DNA from: Candidatus Rokubacteria bacterium 13_1_40CM_69_27
GTDB lineage: Bacteria; Methylomirabilota; Methylomirabilia; Rokubacteriales; CSP1-6
Assembly (NCBI GenBank): GCA_001917535.1
Contig: MNEF01000029.1
Span: forward strand, 13,815-77,814
Direction: 5' to 3'
DNA length: 64,000 nucleotides
This document shows positions 49,996-59,353 of the stretch, in pieces; the first letter of the stretch is position 1; every line of letters starts with the position of its first letter. The translations under genes were made by a program, and so were the position numbers. The notes below the pieces were generated by a model. That model was given only the letters and a program-made list of their open reading frames with translations, made no database searches and had not been told where the DNA came from.

Positions 49996-51023
49996 CGCCA
50001 GTCGTCGAGCACCAGGTGGGTGGGGTCCTCGTACCCCTCCTGCTTGCCGCGCTGCATGCGGACCATCGTGAAGTCGACCTGATACCCCCCGCGGAGCAAG
50101 GTGCTGTAGGCCGTCCAGTAGGTCGTATAGGCAGGCAGGATGACCCGCTGGATGCCCAGCTCGTGGCCGAGATCCTCGAGCGCCGCGATGAACTGCTCGA
50201 GGTACTCCACCCGCTTCTGCTGTGGATCGATGGCGAGGTACTTGACGTAGAGGGTGCCCGCGGGCGCCTCGCTCACGCCGGGCGTGTGATAGATCGCAAA
50301 GCCCACCAGATCGCGGCCGCGCTCCAGCAGCAGAGTGTCCCCCAGCGCGAGGCCATCGACGATCTCGACCTCCTTGGCCAGGTCGAGGCCCCGGCACACG
50401 GCGTTGGTGATCCGGTGGAATCGCGCGAGCGCCGCCTTCTTTTTCGTCTCCTCCAGCGTGGAGAAGCGACGCGCTGCCAGCGGCCCCTTCGGCGAGCGGG
50501 GCGCCGCGCTCCGGCTGTCGCGCCGCTCGAGCACCCGGCTCATCACCACCATCAGACCCTTCGGCCGGTAGCCGAACTTGTGATAGATGGCGAGATGCTT
50601 CGCGCTCGTCGGATAGGTGACGCAACCGTGCAAGGCGACCTTGTTCTCCTCGAAGAAGTCCTCGACCGCCTGGATGAGCTGCTGGCCGATCTTCTGGTTC
50701 TGATAGTTCGTGAGCACCGCGATGGGCCCGATCACGCCGACGGCGCCCCACGTCACGCCCAGCCCCGCCCCGACGATCTTGGACTGATCCTCCTCGGCGA
50801 CGAAGCAGCCCCAGGGCTCCATGAGCCAGCGGTGGTGGACGTACTGGGCGCCACCGAACGGTTGCCGCGGGCGCGTCCCCAGCTGGCGCTCGAGGAAATC
50901 GCTGAAGGTCTGCTCGATGACGTCGCGGACCTTGGAGAGATCGCCCTTGCGGACGCGCCGGATCTGGACCTTGGTCGAACGCCCGTGGGAATCGATCCCG
51001 ACGCGGTCGACCGTCGCCCTCAC
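49992..51023 (-). CDS. GNAT family N-acetyltransferase
   Basis: IRRVRKGDL, GPIAVLTNYQNQKIGQQL, IYHKFGY. Confidence 0.8.
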   Translation of the reverse strand: MRATVDRVGIDSHGRSTKVQIRRVRKGDLSKVRDVIEQTFSDFLERQLGTRPRQPFGGAQYVHHRWLMEPWGCFVAEEDQSKIVGAGLGVTWGAVGVIGPIAVLTNYQNQKIGQQLIQAVEDFFEENKVALHGCVTYPTSAKHLAIYHKFGYRPKGLMVVMSRVLERRDSRSAAPRSPKGPLAARRFSTLEETKKKAALARFHRITNAVCRGLDLAKEVEIVDGLALGDTLLLERGRDLVGFAIYHTPGVSEAPAGTLYVKYLAIDPQQKRVEYLEQFIAALEDLGHELGIQRVILPAYTTYWTAYSTLLRGGYQVDFTMVRMQRGKQEGYEDPTHLVLDDWR

Positions 51024-51904
51024 GCGGAAGCGCCCGCGAGGTCTTCCAGCAGGGTGATCACGGCGGAGTGGTCGAGGCCGCCACGTCCCTTGACCCGCAA
51101 CGCGTTGAACAACTCCTGCACGACGGCCGTCGCGGGAAGCGGCACGCCGAGCGCGCGCGCGGCCTCCATGATGAGGCCGAGATCCTTGTAGTGCAGGTCG
51201 ATCTTGAAGCCGGGCTTGTAGCTGCTGGCGATGTAGTTGGGCGCCTTCTGGTCGAGGCACTTCGACCCCGCCAGTCCGCCCGCGAGCGCCTTGAGCGTCA
51301 GCTCACGGTCGAGGCCGGCCTTCTTGGCGAGCGTCAGGGCCTCCCCGAGCGCGGTCAGGTTGATGGCGACGATGATCTGGTTGGCCAGCTTGGTGAAGCC
51401 GCCGGACCCGAGCGGCCCCAGGTGCGTGATCGTCTTGCCCATCGCCTGGAAGATCGGCAGCACCGACTCGAAGATGGCCTTGTCGCCGCCCACCATGATG
51501 GAGAGCGCGCCCTCGATCGCGCCCTTCTCACCCCCGGAGACGGGGGCATCCAGCATCCTGACGCCCTTGGCCTCGAGCGCCTTGCCGACCTTCTGCGACA
51601 CGATGGGCGAGATCGTGGACATGTCCACGAAGATCAGCCCCGAGCGCACGCCCTCGATGATCCCGTCTCTGCCGAGCGCGACCAGCTCGACGTCGGGGGA
51701 GTTCGGAAGCATGGTGACGAGGACATCGCACCGGCCGGCCACGTCCCTGGGCGATGCGGCGGCCTTGGCTCCGGCCGCAACCAGTTCGTCTACCGACCCC
51801 CGGCTTCGGTTGTAGACTACCAGGGGGTAACCCGCCGATACCAGTCTTCTGGCCATGGGGCGGCCCATAATGCCAAGACCAATAAATCCAACGACTTGCG
51901 CCAT
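51020..51904 (-). CDS. garR: 2-hydroxy-3-oxopropionate (tartronate semialdehyde) reductase
   Basis: GFIGLGIMG, DAPVSGGEKGA, KLANQIIVA, PGFKIDLHYKDL. Confidence 0.85.
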   Translation of the reverse strand: MAQVVGFIGLGIMGRPMARRLVSAGYPLVVYNRSRGSVDELVAAGAKAAASPRDVAGRCDVLVTMLPNSPDVELVALGRDGIIEGVRSGLIFVDMSTISPIVSQKVGKALEAKGVRMLDAPVSGGEKGAIEGALSIMVGGDKAIFESVLPIFQAMGKTITHLGPLGSGGFTKLANQIIVAINLTALGEALTLAKKAGLDRELTLKALAGGLAGSKCLDQKAPNYIASSYKPGFKIDLHYKDLGLIMEAARALGVPLPATAVVQELFNALRVKGRGGLDHSAVITLLEDLAGASA

Positions 51905-52179
51905 GAAACCCCCATGCGGAGAGGGCTCAGTTTGGATCGTAAGCCCGCCGACACATAACACACGGTTGCGCAGTGGGTCAAGGCGTATTCAGCCTATTGA
52001 CACGCATGTATGGCCGTAAAACCATTCTTAATAATCCCGGTCGAAATACTTCGTGGCGAACGCGCCGGCGGTGCTCGGCTTCGACCCCTTCGCCCGCTTC
52101 GCCCACTGCATCGTCCGCGTGGCGACGCGCGGCCGGCGCGGCTGAAGCCAGCGCGCGCCGACCGGCCACCGCGGCGGCG

Positions 52180-54111
52180 CTACTTCTTGGCCCCCCAGAG
52201 GTCCCGGGCCAGCCAGTCGAGCCGCAGATCCTTGAGCGTCTTGGGGAGGGGCTTGCCGGTCTTGCGGTCGTAGCCCACCTGCACGTACCAGGTGTCGACC
52301 ATCTTCTCCCACTGCTCGCTGACGGCCTGCCCCTTGGCCGGGCCGTCGTGCGGCGTGGAGCCGTAGCGGGCCGACGGCCGCTCGAGCTTCGGGCCGATGC
52401 CACAGCGGAGCCGCACCGATCGTAGGATCGCGGCGGTGCGCCGCCCGAACCTCATCGCCTCGTCCAGGGTGTAGTACCAGCCGGTGGCCGCCGAGAGCGC
52501 TCGACAGAGGTTCTCCATGCGCGTGCGTGCGGTGAAGATGCAGATGCCCAGCGAGTCTTCGAAGTGGCGACGCCCGAGGATGCCGGCGACCTGCCGGGAC
52601 ACCGCCTCGCCGTCGAAGGGGGTGATGCGCGTGGGCAGCCCCAGCTCGGCCACGTGGACGGGGACGCCGCTTTCCAGGGTTCCGGTGCCGGCCGTGCAGG
52701 TGTCGAGCATCTCGTCCCAGCGCCCGCGGTGATCGTGGCCCCGCGGCGAGGCGCCCAGCAGTGTGTAGATCGCGCACTCCTTGGCCCGGCCGCCCAGGCG
52801 CTCGGCGGCGATCTTCACGCCCTCGGCCAGCAGGTCGCCGAGCCCCTCGCGGTGCGAGATCATCCGCAGCAGCCGGTGGGCGCCCTTGATGTCGCCCCAG
52901 CGGAGCTCGAAGCCCAGCTGCTGCTTGGTGATGTAGCCCTTCTCCTGGCACTCCATCACCCAGCCGCAGACCCAGCCGAACTCGTTGACGTCCACGCAGG
53001 CACGATCGCACTCGGTGTTGAGCCAGGAGATCCCTTCCTTGTCCCGCGCGCCGATCTGCCAGCCGCAGCCCGACCACCCTTCGTACTCCGGCTCATCGAC
53101 GACCTTCCCCTTGTGCTCGCCGCCGCGGATCACCTGCATATGGCAGTGGTGCATGCCGCAGGCGTTGCACTGGTGACCGCGGTGGTCGAAGCCCTCCCGC
53201 AGCTTGGGGGCTTCCCAGGTCGACGTGTCGTCGTAGGGCACGTTGGTCGTGTAGTTCTTGATGGGCAGCATGCCGAGCTTGGAGAGGTTGACGACGCCCG
53301 GCAGGGTGCCGTACTCGTACAGCGACTTCGCCGAGGGGTCGGTGCGGAGGTCGTGGGCGATGTCATCGGCGGCCTGGATCACGCCGCGGTAATCGGCGGC
53401 CGTGAGGGCCTGCGTCCCCTTCACGATGGCCACCGCCTTGAGCTTTTTCTTACCCATGACCGCGCCGCACCCGTTCTTCGAGGCGACGTGGCCATAGTCG
53501 CCGTGGATGGCCGCGAAGCGCACCAGGTTCTCGCCGGCCGGGCCGATGGCATACACGGACAGCTGATGGCCGGAGAGCCCGTGGGCGGCGCCGAGCGCCT
53601 CCTGCGTCTCCCAGGTGTCCTTGTCCAGCAGGAACTTCGCATCGCGCAGCTCGACGACGTCGTCGTCGATGTAGAGATAGGCCCAGTCCTTCGACCGCCC
53701 CTGCACGATGATCGCGTCGTACCCGGAGTACTTGAGGTTCGTCCCGAAGAACCCGTTGGCCTGGGTGGACGTGGGGCCGTTGGTCTGGGCCCCGATGGTG
53801 ACGACCGTGAGCGCGCCCGTCCCCCACACGGGCAGGCCCGCCAGCGGACCGGTGGCGAGCACGAGCCGGTTGTCGGGATGGTCCCAGGCGACGTTGCCCT
53901 TGCCGCCGCGCGTGGCGGTCTCCCGGTAGAGGATCAGCGCTCCCAGCCCGACGCCGCCGAGCAGGTCACGCATCTCGTCCGGGCTCCAGGGCTCGGCCCA
54001 GCACTTCTTGCGCGTGAGATCGACGCGGAGGAGACGGCCGGCGTAGGCGCCGGGGCGCGCAGGGGCCGACTTCGTCTTGGTCGCCGACGCGGCGAGGGTC
54101 GGGGGGCTCAT
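52180..54111 (-). CDS. Aldehyde:ferredoxin oxidoreductase family (W/Mo) catalytic subunit
   Basis: GRLLRVDLT, IGPAGENLVRFAAI, GAVMGKKKLKA, CNACGMHC, EPEYE, RGHDH. Confidence 0.88.
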   Translation of the reverse strand: MSPPTLAASATKTKSAPARPGAYAGRLLRVDLTRKKCWAEPWSPDEMRDLLGGVGLGALILYRETATRGGKGNVAWDHPDNRLVLATGPLAGLPVWGTGALTVVTIGAQTNGPTSTQANGFFGTNLKYSGYDAIIVQGRSKDWAYLYIDDDVVELRDAKFLLDKDTWETQEALGAAHGLSGHQLSVYAIGPAGENLVRFAAIHGDYGHVASKNGCGAVMGKKKLKAVAIVKGTQALTAADYRGVIQAADDIAHDLRTDPSAKSLYEYGTLPGVVNLSKLGMLPIKNYTTNVPYDDTSTWEAPKLREGFDHRGHQCNACGMHHCHMQVIRGGEHKGKVVDEPEYEGWSGCGWQIGARDKEGISWLNTECDRACVDVNEFGWVCGWVMECQEKGYITKQQLGFELRWGDIKGAHRLLRMISHREGLGDLLAEGVKIAAERLGGRAKECAIYTLLGASPRGHDHRGRWDEMLDTCTAGTGTLESGVPVHVAELGLPTRITPFDGEAVSRQVAGILGRRHFEDSLGICIFTARTRMENLCRALSAATGWYYTLDEAMRFGRRTAAILRSVRLRCGIGPKLERPSARYGSTPHDGPAKGQAVSEQWEKMVDTWYVQVGYDRKTGKPLPKTLKDLRLDWLARDLWGAKK

Positions 54112-55454
54112 ACGGCCACCGGAGTCGTGCCGGGCGCTTTGGACGGACGCCCCAGCACGGTCTGAGGGAGCAGCTTGCTCGTCGCCTTCGAGGCGATGTA
54201 GGCCGGCTTGATGTCGAATGGGTTCTTCCGGAGGTAGTCCTTGAAGCGCGCGAGCGAGACCTGGGAATGCACGAGGCCCTTGAGCATACCGATGTCGTTC
54301 GTCGTCCAGATGGCGCTCGAGAGGCCCACGATGATGGCGCCGGTCAGCCGGTCGCCCGTCCACAGGAGTTTGCGATAGGCGGACCGATCCGACTTGACCC
54401 CCGTCACCGCCTCGGCCTTGGGATCGTCCCAGGCGCCGAACGACGCGATGTCGAGGTGGCAGACCTCGACGATGTTCATGGAGAGGCTCCCGCGGTAGGG
54501 GACCTGGCGCCCCGCCATGTTGGCGCCGACCACCCGCCCGTGCTCCTGCGCCGTCGGCTCGATGGCGTGGACCACACTGGCGCCCGAGATCAGCTCACGC
54601 CCCTCGGCGACGTCACCGGCGGCATAGACGTTGGGAACGGTCGAACGGAGATGGTCGTCCACGACGATGCCCTGGTCGATCCGGAGACCCGCGCCCTTCA
54701 GCCATTCGAGATTCGCCCTGATGCCCGTGGCCATGATCACCACGTCAGCGACGATGTCGGCGCCTTTGGCGAACCGGAGCCGCTTCCGGATTGTCTTGGA
54801 GCCGCGGGCGCCGGGGACATCCTCGATGTGGGCGAGCCGGGCGTCGGTGCGGATGGTCACCCCGTGTTTCCGGAGCCACGCCTCCACCACGTCGGCGCCG
54901 GTGGCATCGATCATGCGCGGCAGGATCCGCGGCGCGATCTCGACGATGGTGAGCGTGGCGCCCCGGGCCAGGATCGAGTTGAGGATGGTGAAGGCGATGA
55001 AGCCGGCGCCCACCATGACGACATGGCTCCCCGGCCTGGTGTCGGCGATGAGCCGGCGGCACTCGTCGAGCGTCCAGAACGAGTGCACGCCCCGTCCGTC
55101 GGCGCCGGGCACCGGCGCCTTGACCGGGGAAGAGCCCGTGGCGATCAGGCAGTCGTCGTACGCGATCGTGGTCCCGTCGTCGAGCGTGCAGACGTTGGCC
55201 TTGGTATCGAGGCTCGCCGCCCGCCGGCCGAGATGGGCCTTCACCCCCCACTCGGCCAGCACCCCCGCCGTGGCCGTGAAGACGTGCGACTCGGCGATCG
55301 AGCGGTCCAGATAATACGGCAGCACCATCCGGGAGTACGGCTTCTCGGCGCTGACGAGGGTGAGCTCCGACCGCTCCTTCTCCTCTTCGCGGATCGTGCG
55401 CATGGCGTTCATGCCCGCCGTGCCGCCGCCGATGATCAGATGGCGCGCCGGCAT
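54108..55454 (-). CDS. FAD/NAD-dependent oxidoreductase subunit
   Basis: IIGGGTAG, PYSRMVL, IATGS, VGAGFI, YAAGDVAE. Confidence 0.85.
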   Translation of the reverse strand: MPARHLIIGGGTAGMNAMRTIREEEKERSELTLVSAEKPYSRMVLPYYLDRSIAESHVFTATAGVLAEWGVKAHLGRRAASLDTKANVCTLDDGTTIAYDDCLIATGSSPVKAPVPGADGRGVHSFWTLDECRRLIADTRPGSHVVMVGAGFIAFTILNSILARGATLTIVEIAPRILPRMIDATGADVVEAWLRKHGVTIRTDARLAHIEDVPGARGSKTIRKRLRFAKGADIVADVVIMATGIRANLEWLKGAGLRIDQGIVVDDHLRSTVPNVYAAGDVAEGRELISGASVVHAIEPTAQEHGRVVGANMAGRQVPYRGSLSMNIVEVCHLDIASFGAWDDPKAEAVTGVKSDRSAYRKLLWTGDRLTGAIIVGLSSAIWTTNDIGMLKGLVHSQVSLARFKDYLRKNPFDIKPAYIASKATSKLLPQTVLGRPSKAPGTTPVAV

Positions 55455-55924
55455 CACCGGACTCCCGCCAGCAGGCGCGTCGTCCGCTCGGCGGCGAAAT
55501 CTCCGAGCCAGTCGACGGTCGGGACGTCGTCGTAAGTGATGGCGGCGGTGGGACAGGCCTGAGCGCAGGCGGGATCGCCGCCGCACAGGTTGCACTTGAA
55601 CGCCTTCCGCGTGTCGGGATCGTAGAACATTGTCCCGTAGGGGCAGGCGATGGTGCAGAGCTTGCAGCCGACGCAGGTGTCGTCGAGCACGTCCTTGGCG
55701 CCCGCCGCGTTGATCGTGATGGCCCCCACCGGGCACGCCGTCATGCACCACCCCTCGGCGCACTGCGGGCACGTGTAGGGCGCGTAGGAGGTGTGGCCCT
55801 CGAAGGGGGAGACGCGGATGACCGACTTCGCTGGCTGGAACGTCCCCGTCTGCATGTACGAGCAGGCGATCTCGCACCGCAAGCAGCCGGTGCACTTCTC
55901 GGGCATGATCTTGAGGATCCTCAT
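55454..55924 (-). CDS. 4Fe-4S polyferredoxin subunit
   Basis: CTGCLRCEIAC, CPQCAEGWCMTACP, CVGCKLCTIACP, KCNLCGGDPACAQACP. Confidence 0.9.
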   Translation of the reverse strand: MRILKIMPEKCTGCLRCEIACSYMQTGTFQPAKSVIRVSPFEGHTSYAPYTCPQCAEGWCMTACPVGAITINAAGAKDVLDDTCVGCKLCTIACPYGTMFYDPDTRKAFKCNLCGGDPACAQACPTAAITYDDVPTVDWLGDFAAERTTRLLAGVR

Positions 55925-56238
55925 CGCTTCTTCCGAGCCCCGGCCTTCCCGTTGTGCTCGAGCCGGCTGATGAACTCCTCGAGGGGGATGGCGGCCATGG
56001 TCATGCCGGCCACGCCGCCCCGCGCGCCCAGTTCGACCGACACGCGCGAGATGGTGGCGTTGTCCGGCGCCTCGATGACGGTGACGAAGTCGTAGGGGCC
56101 GAGCACGGCGTACTGGGCGAGCACGCGGGCGCCCATGCGCTTGACGTCGGCATTGACCTTGCGGATCCAGCCGGGTCGCTCGCGAAGGACCCGCCGGCCC
56201 GATTCCGAGAGCGTGCTGAGCATGATGTAGAGACTCAC
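55921..56238 (-). CDS. GYD domain protein
   Basis: QYAVLGPYDFVTVIEAPD; GAGGAG RBS before GTG. Confidence 0.8.
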   Translation of the reverse strand: MSLYIMLSTLSESGRRVLRERPGWIRKVNADVKRMGARVLAQYAVLGPYDFVTVIEAPDNATISRVSVELGARGGVAGMTMAAIPLEEFISRLEHNGKAGARKKR

Positions 56239-56286
56239 GGCCGATCTCCTCTCGCCCGAAACGCCCGCGTAGTATAGCACGCGAAT

Positions 56287-56397
56287 TTCGAGCGCCGGCT
56301 CGAGCGCGGGCCATCGACCTGTGGGGAGGTTCGGAGGGGGCCGGGCGGCCCCCTCCGACTATGGATTTCGGAAGAGGGGCGAAGCCTCCCTCCGAGG
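56287..56397 (-). repeat. Dispersed palindromic element, copy 8 (double hairpin)
   Basis: TCGGAGGGGGCC...GGCCCCCTCCGA-CTATGGAT-TTCGGAAGAGGGGC...; abuts the TAG of the upstream gene. Confidence 0.8.
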
Positions 56398-57300
56398 CTA
56401 GACGGGAGCCTCCCGACTCGACGGCTCGAGGAACCGATAGACTGACGAGAAGTCCTTGCGCCCGAAGCCGTGCGACGAGGCCAGGCGGAGAAGCTGCTGG
56501 GCCGCCGGCGCCACCGCGACAGGAATGCGGAGCTCGCGAGCGGCGTTCACGGCGAGCCCCAGATCCTTCGCCATCAGATCCGTCATGAACCCGGGCGCGT
56601 AGTCGCGGCTGGAGGCCGCCTTCTCCACGATGCCCGGCACCGGATGGCCGTGCTCCATCACCCAGGTGCTGCCGGAGGACTTCGAAATCACCTGGGTGAG
56701 GATCTTCGGATCGACGCCGAAGCCTTCGGCGATCCGGAAAGCCTCGCTCACCGCCACCATCGCCACGCCGGCGATGAGGTTGTTGCAGAGCTTGGCGACC
56801 TCCCCCGCGCCCACGTCCCCCACGTGGATGACGTTGGTCCCCATGGCCGCCAGCGCGGGCCTCGCCTCCTCCAGATCCCGGGCGTCGCCGCCGACCATGA
56901 TCGTGAGCGTGCCCTCGACGGCCCGCGGCACCGCGCCGGACACCGGCGCATCGAGAAAGCGTACGCCCCGCTCGCGCAGCCGGGCGGCCACGCGCCGCGA
57001 GGTACCCGGGTCGATCGTGGACATGTCGACGCAGATCCGGCCCCGCGCCACGCCCTCCAGGACACCCCCGGGGCCGAGGTACGCGCTCTCGACGTGGGCC
57101 GATGAGGGCAGCATGGTGATGACCAGGTCGCCCTGCTTGGCGGCCTCCGCCGCCGAGCCCGCGGGGGCGGCGCCCAGCCGGAGCGCGGCCTCCAGGGCCG
57201 CCGGGGCCACGTCGTAGCCGACGACGGCGAAGCCCTTCTTCAGCAAGTTGTTCACCATCGGCTGTCCCATGGTTCCCGTTCCGATGAACCCGACTTTCAT
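56398..57300 (-). CDS. 3-hydroxyisobutyrate dehydrogenase family protein
   Basis: GFIGTGTMGQPM, DAPVSG, AKLCNNL, PGFMTDLMAKDLGLA, KDFS. Confidence 0.85.
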   Translation of the reverse strand: MKVGFIGTGTMGQPMVNNLLKKGFAVVGYDVAPAALEAALRLGAAPAGSAAEAAKQGDLVITMLPSSAHVESAYLGPGGVLEGVARGRICVDMSTIDPGTSRRVAARLRERGVRFLDAPVSGAVPRAVEGTLTIMVGGDARDLEEARPALAAMGTNVIHVGDVGAGEVAKLCNNLIAGVAMVAVSEAFRIAEGFGVDPKILTQVISKSSGSTWVMEHGHPVPGIVEKAASSRDYAPGFMTDLMAKDLGLAVNAARELRIPVAVAPAAQQLLRLASSHGFGRKDFSSVYRFLEPSSREAPV

Positions 57301-57334
57301 GGGCGAGCTCCCGTGCAGTGCGAGGGTGGTACCA

Positions 57335-57988
57335 TCATCGTTCCTCCAGTCCGAAGATGCGCGCGGGCGCGCCATCGCCCCCCCGGATCTTGAGTGGGAA
57401 CGCGCCGATGCTCAGGCGCCGCCCCCCGATGCGGGTGAGGTTCGCCAGGTTCTCCGCGATGAGGACGCCCGCCCCCAGCAGCCGGTGGTGCACCGGCCAG
57501 TCGAAGCCGGGCGGCCGCAGGGGCACCGGCAAATCCGCGGAGAAGAAGTCCACGCCCACCATCCGAACACCGCGCTCGACCAGCCAGGCCGCGGCCTCAT
57601 CGCTGAGATAGGGGTGCGTGTGGTAGTCCGGCGTCGAAAACTTGCGGTCCCAGCCCGTCGCCAGCAGCACGATGTCGCCGCGCTCGACGGTGAGGCCGGG
57701 GGCTTCGAGATGGCGGACGGTGATCGGCTGGCTCGCGCCCGCGTGGACGGGCAGCACCAGGCCGGGACCGCCTAGCTCGCCGAGGGCGTAGGTGTCGATG
57801 GTCCGCCCGCCCTTGATGAAGTGGAAGGGGGCGTCCACGTGGGTGCCGAGGTGCGTGCCGAGCACGAGCCGTTGGATGTTGAAGGGGCGCTCCCCGATCG
57901 TCCAGACGTTCTCGATGCAGGGCGGGCCGATCATGGGCTGCGTCGTCATCGCCGCGTGATAGTCGTGGGCCAGATCGTGCCAGATCAC
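57335..57988 (-). CDS. Cyclase family (kynurenine formamidase-like) metallohydrolase
   Basis: THLGTHVDAPFHF, GVD, IAENL, GGDGAPAR. Confidence 0.88.
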   Translation of the reverse strand: MIWHDLAHDYHAAMTTQPMIGPPCIENVWTIGERPFNIQRLVLGTHLGTHVDAPFHFIKGGRTIDTYALGELGGPGLVLPVHAGASQPITVRHLEAPGLTVERGDIVLLATGWDRKFSTPDYHTHPYLSDEAAAWLVERGVRMVGVDFFSADLPVPLRPPGFDWPVHHRLLGAGVLIAENLANLTRIGGRRLSIGAFPLKIRGGDGAPARIFGLEER

Positions 57989-58401
57989 GGGGTGAGCACC
58001 ATCTGAGTCTGGACGGTCATGGCCAGCAGACGCCCGGACTCGTCGGTGATGCGCGTCTGCCAGACCATCGTGCGCCGCCCGCGGTGCAGCGGCGTCGCCT
58101 CTGCCCGCACCCGGCCCTCACGGCCAGCAGCGAAGAAGTTGGTCTTCGACTCGATCGTGGTGGTCGAGGCCCCGGCTGGGAGATTGATGAACGTCGCGGT
58201 GGCGCCCACCGTGTCGGCGAATGCCATGATCGTGCCCCCGTGCAACGCCCCGCCCAACGTTCTCAAGTCGTCGCGGATGCTCAACTCCGCCACGACGCGC
58301 TCCGGGCTGACCTCGACGAAGCGCACGCCCAGGAACGCCGCCAGCGTGCCGCGCTGCCGCTCCTCGAGCGTCTTCGGGTCGATCGTGCTCGGCTGCGGCA
58401 T
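57985..58401 (-). CDS. PaaI family thioesterase
   Basis: LHGGTIMAFADTVG, TTIESKTNF, PLHRGRRTMVW. Confidence 0.9.
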   Translation of the reverse strand: MPQPSTIDPKTLEERQRGTLAAFLGVRFVEVSPERVVAELSIRDDLRTLGGALHGGTIMAFADTVGATATFINLPAGASTTTIESKTNFFAAGREGRVRAEATPLHRGRRTMVWQTRITDESGRLLAMTVQTQMVLTP

Positions 58402-58430
58402 GTCCCCACCCTCCGCTATAATGCCCCGAC

Positions 58431-59303
58431 GTGCTGCAGGGCCTTCTGCTGATCGCTCTGGCGGCCGTCTCCTGGGGCACCACCGGCTCGGTCACCGCCG
58501 TCCTCGTCGACCGGGCCGCCGCCCAGCCGCTGCTCATCGGCACCGTGCGCCTCGCCGTGGCCGCCGTGCTGCTCCTCCTGGGCGCGCGGATCATCGCGGG
58601 CCCGCTGGCCATCGCCCGGGGCGATCTCCCCCGCTGTCTGGCGATGGCCGCGTGCATGGCCGCCTACCAGGCGACCTACTTCACCGCGGTGACGATGACG
58701 GGGATCGTGCTGGCCGCGCTCATCTCCATCTGCTCGGCGCCCGTCATCATCGCGGCGCTGGCCGTCGGTCTCCTGGGCGAGCACCTTACCGGGCGGGTCG
58801 CGCTGGCCCTCGTCCTCGGCGTGCTCGGCACCGCCCTGCTGATCGCCGACCCGGTTCCGGCCGGCCCCGCGCCCCGTTTTCTCGCCGGGACCCTGCTCGC
58901 CCTGGGGGCGGGAGTGGCCTACGCGCTCTACGTCGTCACCGCCAAGGCCAGTCTCGCGCGTACGGCTCCCCTCCCGCTGACGGCCGTGACCTTTACGGCC
59001 GCGGCGCTCTTCACGCTCCCGCTGCTCGCGTGGACCGACGCGCCGGTCGCCCAGGTCGCGCGGGGCTGGCCCTGGCTGCTGTACTTGGGCGCCGTGGCCA
59101 CGGCCGGTGCCTATGCGCTCTACTCGGTCGGCCTCCGCCGGGTGCCGGCGTCGGTGGCCGGGGTCGTCACCCTGCTCGAGCCGCTCACGGCGACCCTGCT
59201 GGGCGTGTTCATCTTCGGGGAGCGGCTCAGCGGCACTGGAATCACCGGCGCCGCTCTGCTCCTCACCGCGATCGTGCTCCTGCTCGTGGATCAGTCCCGG
59301 TAG
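58431..59303 (+). CDS. EamA/DMT family transporter
   Basis: Multiple TM segments, SWGTTG, LLEPLTATLLGVFIFGERL. Confidence 0.88.
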   Translation: MLQGLLLIALAAVSWGTTGSVTAVLVDRAAAQPLLIGTVRLAVAAVLLLLGARIIAGPLAIARGDLPRCLAMAACMAAYQATYFTAVTMTGIVLAALISICSAPVIIAALAVGLLGEHLTGRVALALVLGVLGTALLIADPVPAGPAPRFLAGTLLALGAGVAYALYVVTAKASLARTAPLPLTAVTFTAAALFTLPLLAWTDAPVAQVARGWPWLLYLGAVATAGAYALYSVGLRRVPASVAGVVTLLEPLTATLLGVFIFGERLSGTGITGAALLLTAIVLLLVDQSR

Positions 59304-59353
59304 ATCCTGGCGCCTCGTGCACCCTGGCCGCCCGCGTTCGGCCGTGGTCGCCC

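Noticed and set aside
51905..52180. AT-richer intergenic stretch as an ncRNA or small peptide gene
   Set aside because: No recognisable RNA family; most simply the garR promoter region
5957..56397. Palindromic repeats interpreted as a CRISPR array
   Set aside because: Dispersed, no regular repeat-spacer period, and no cas genes
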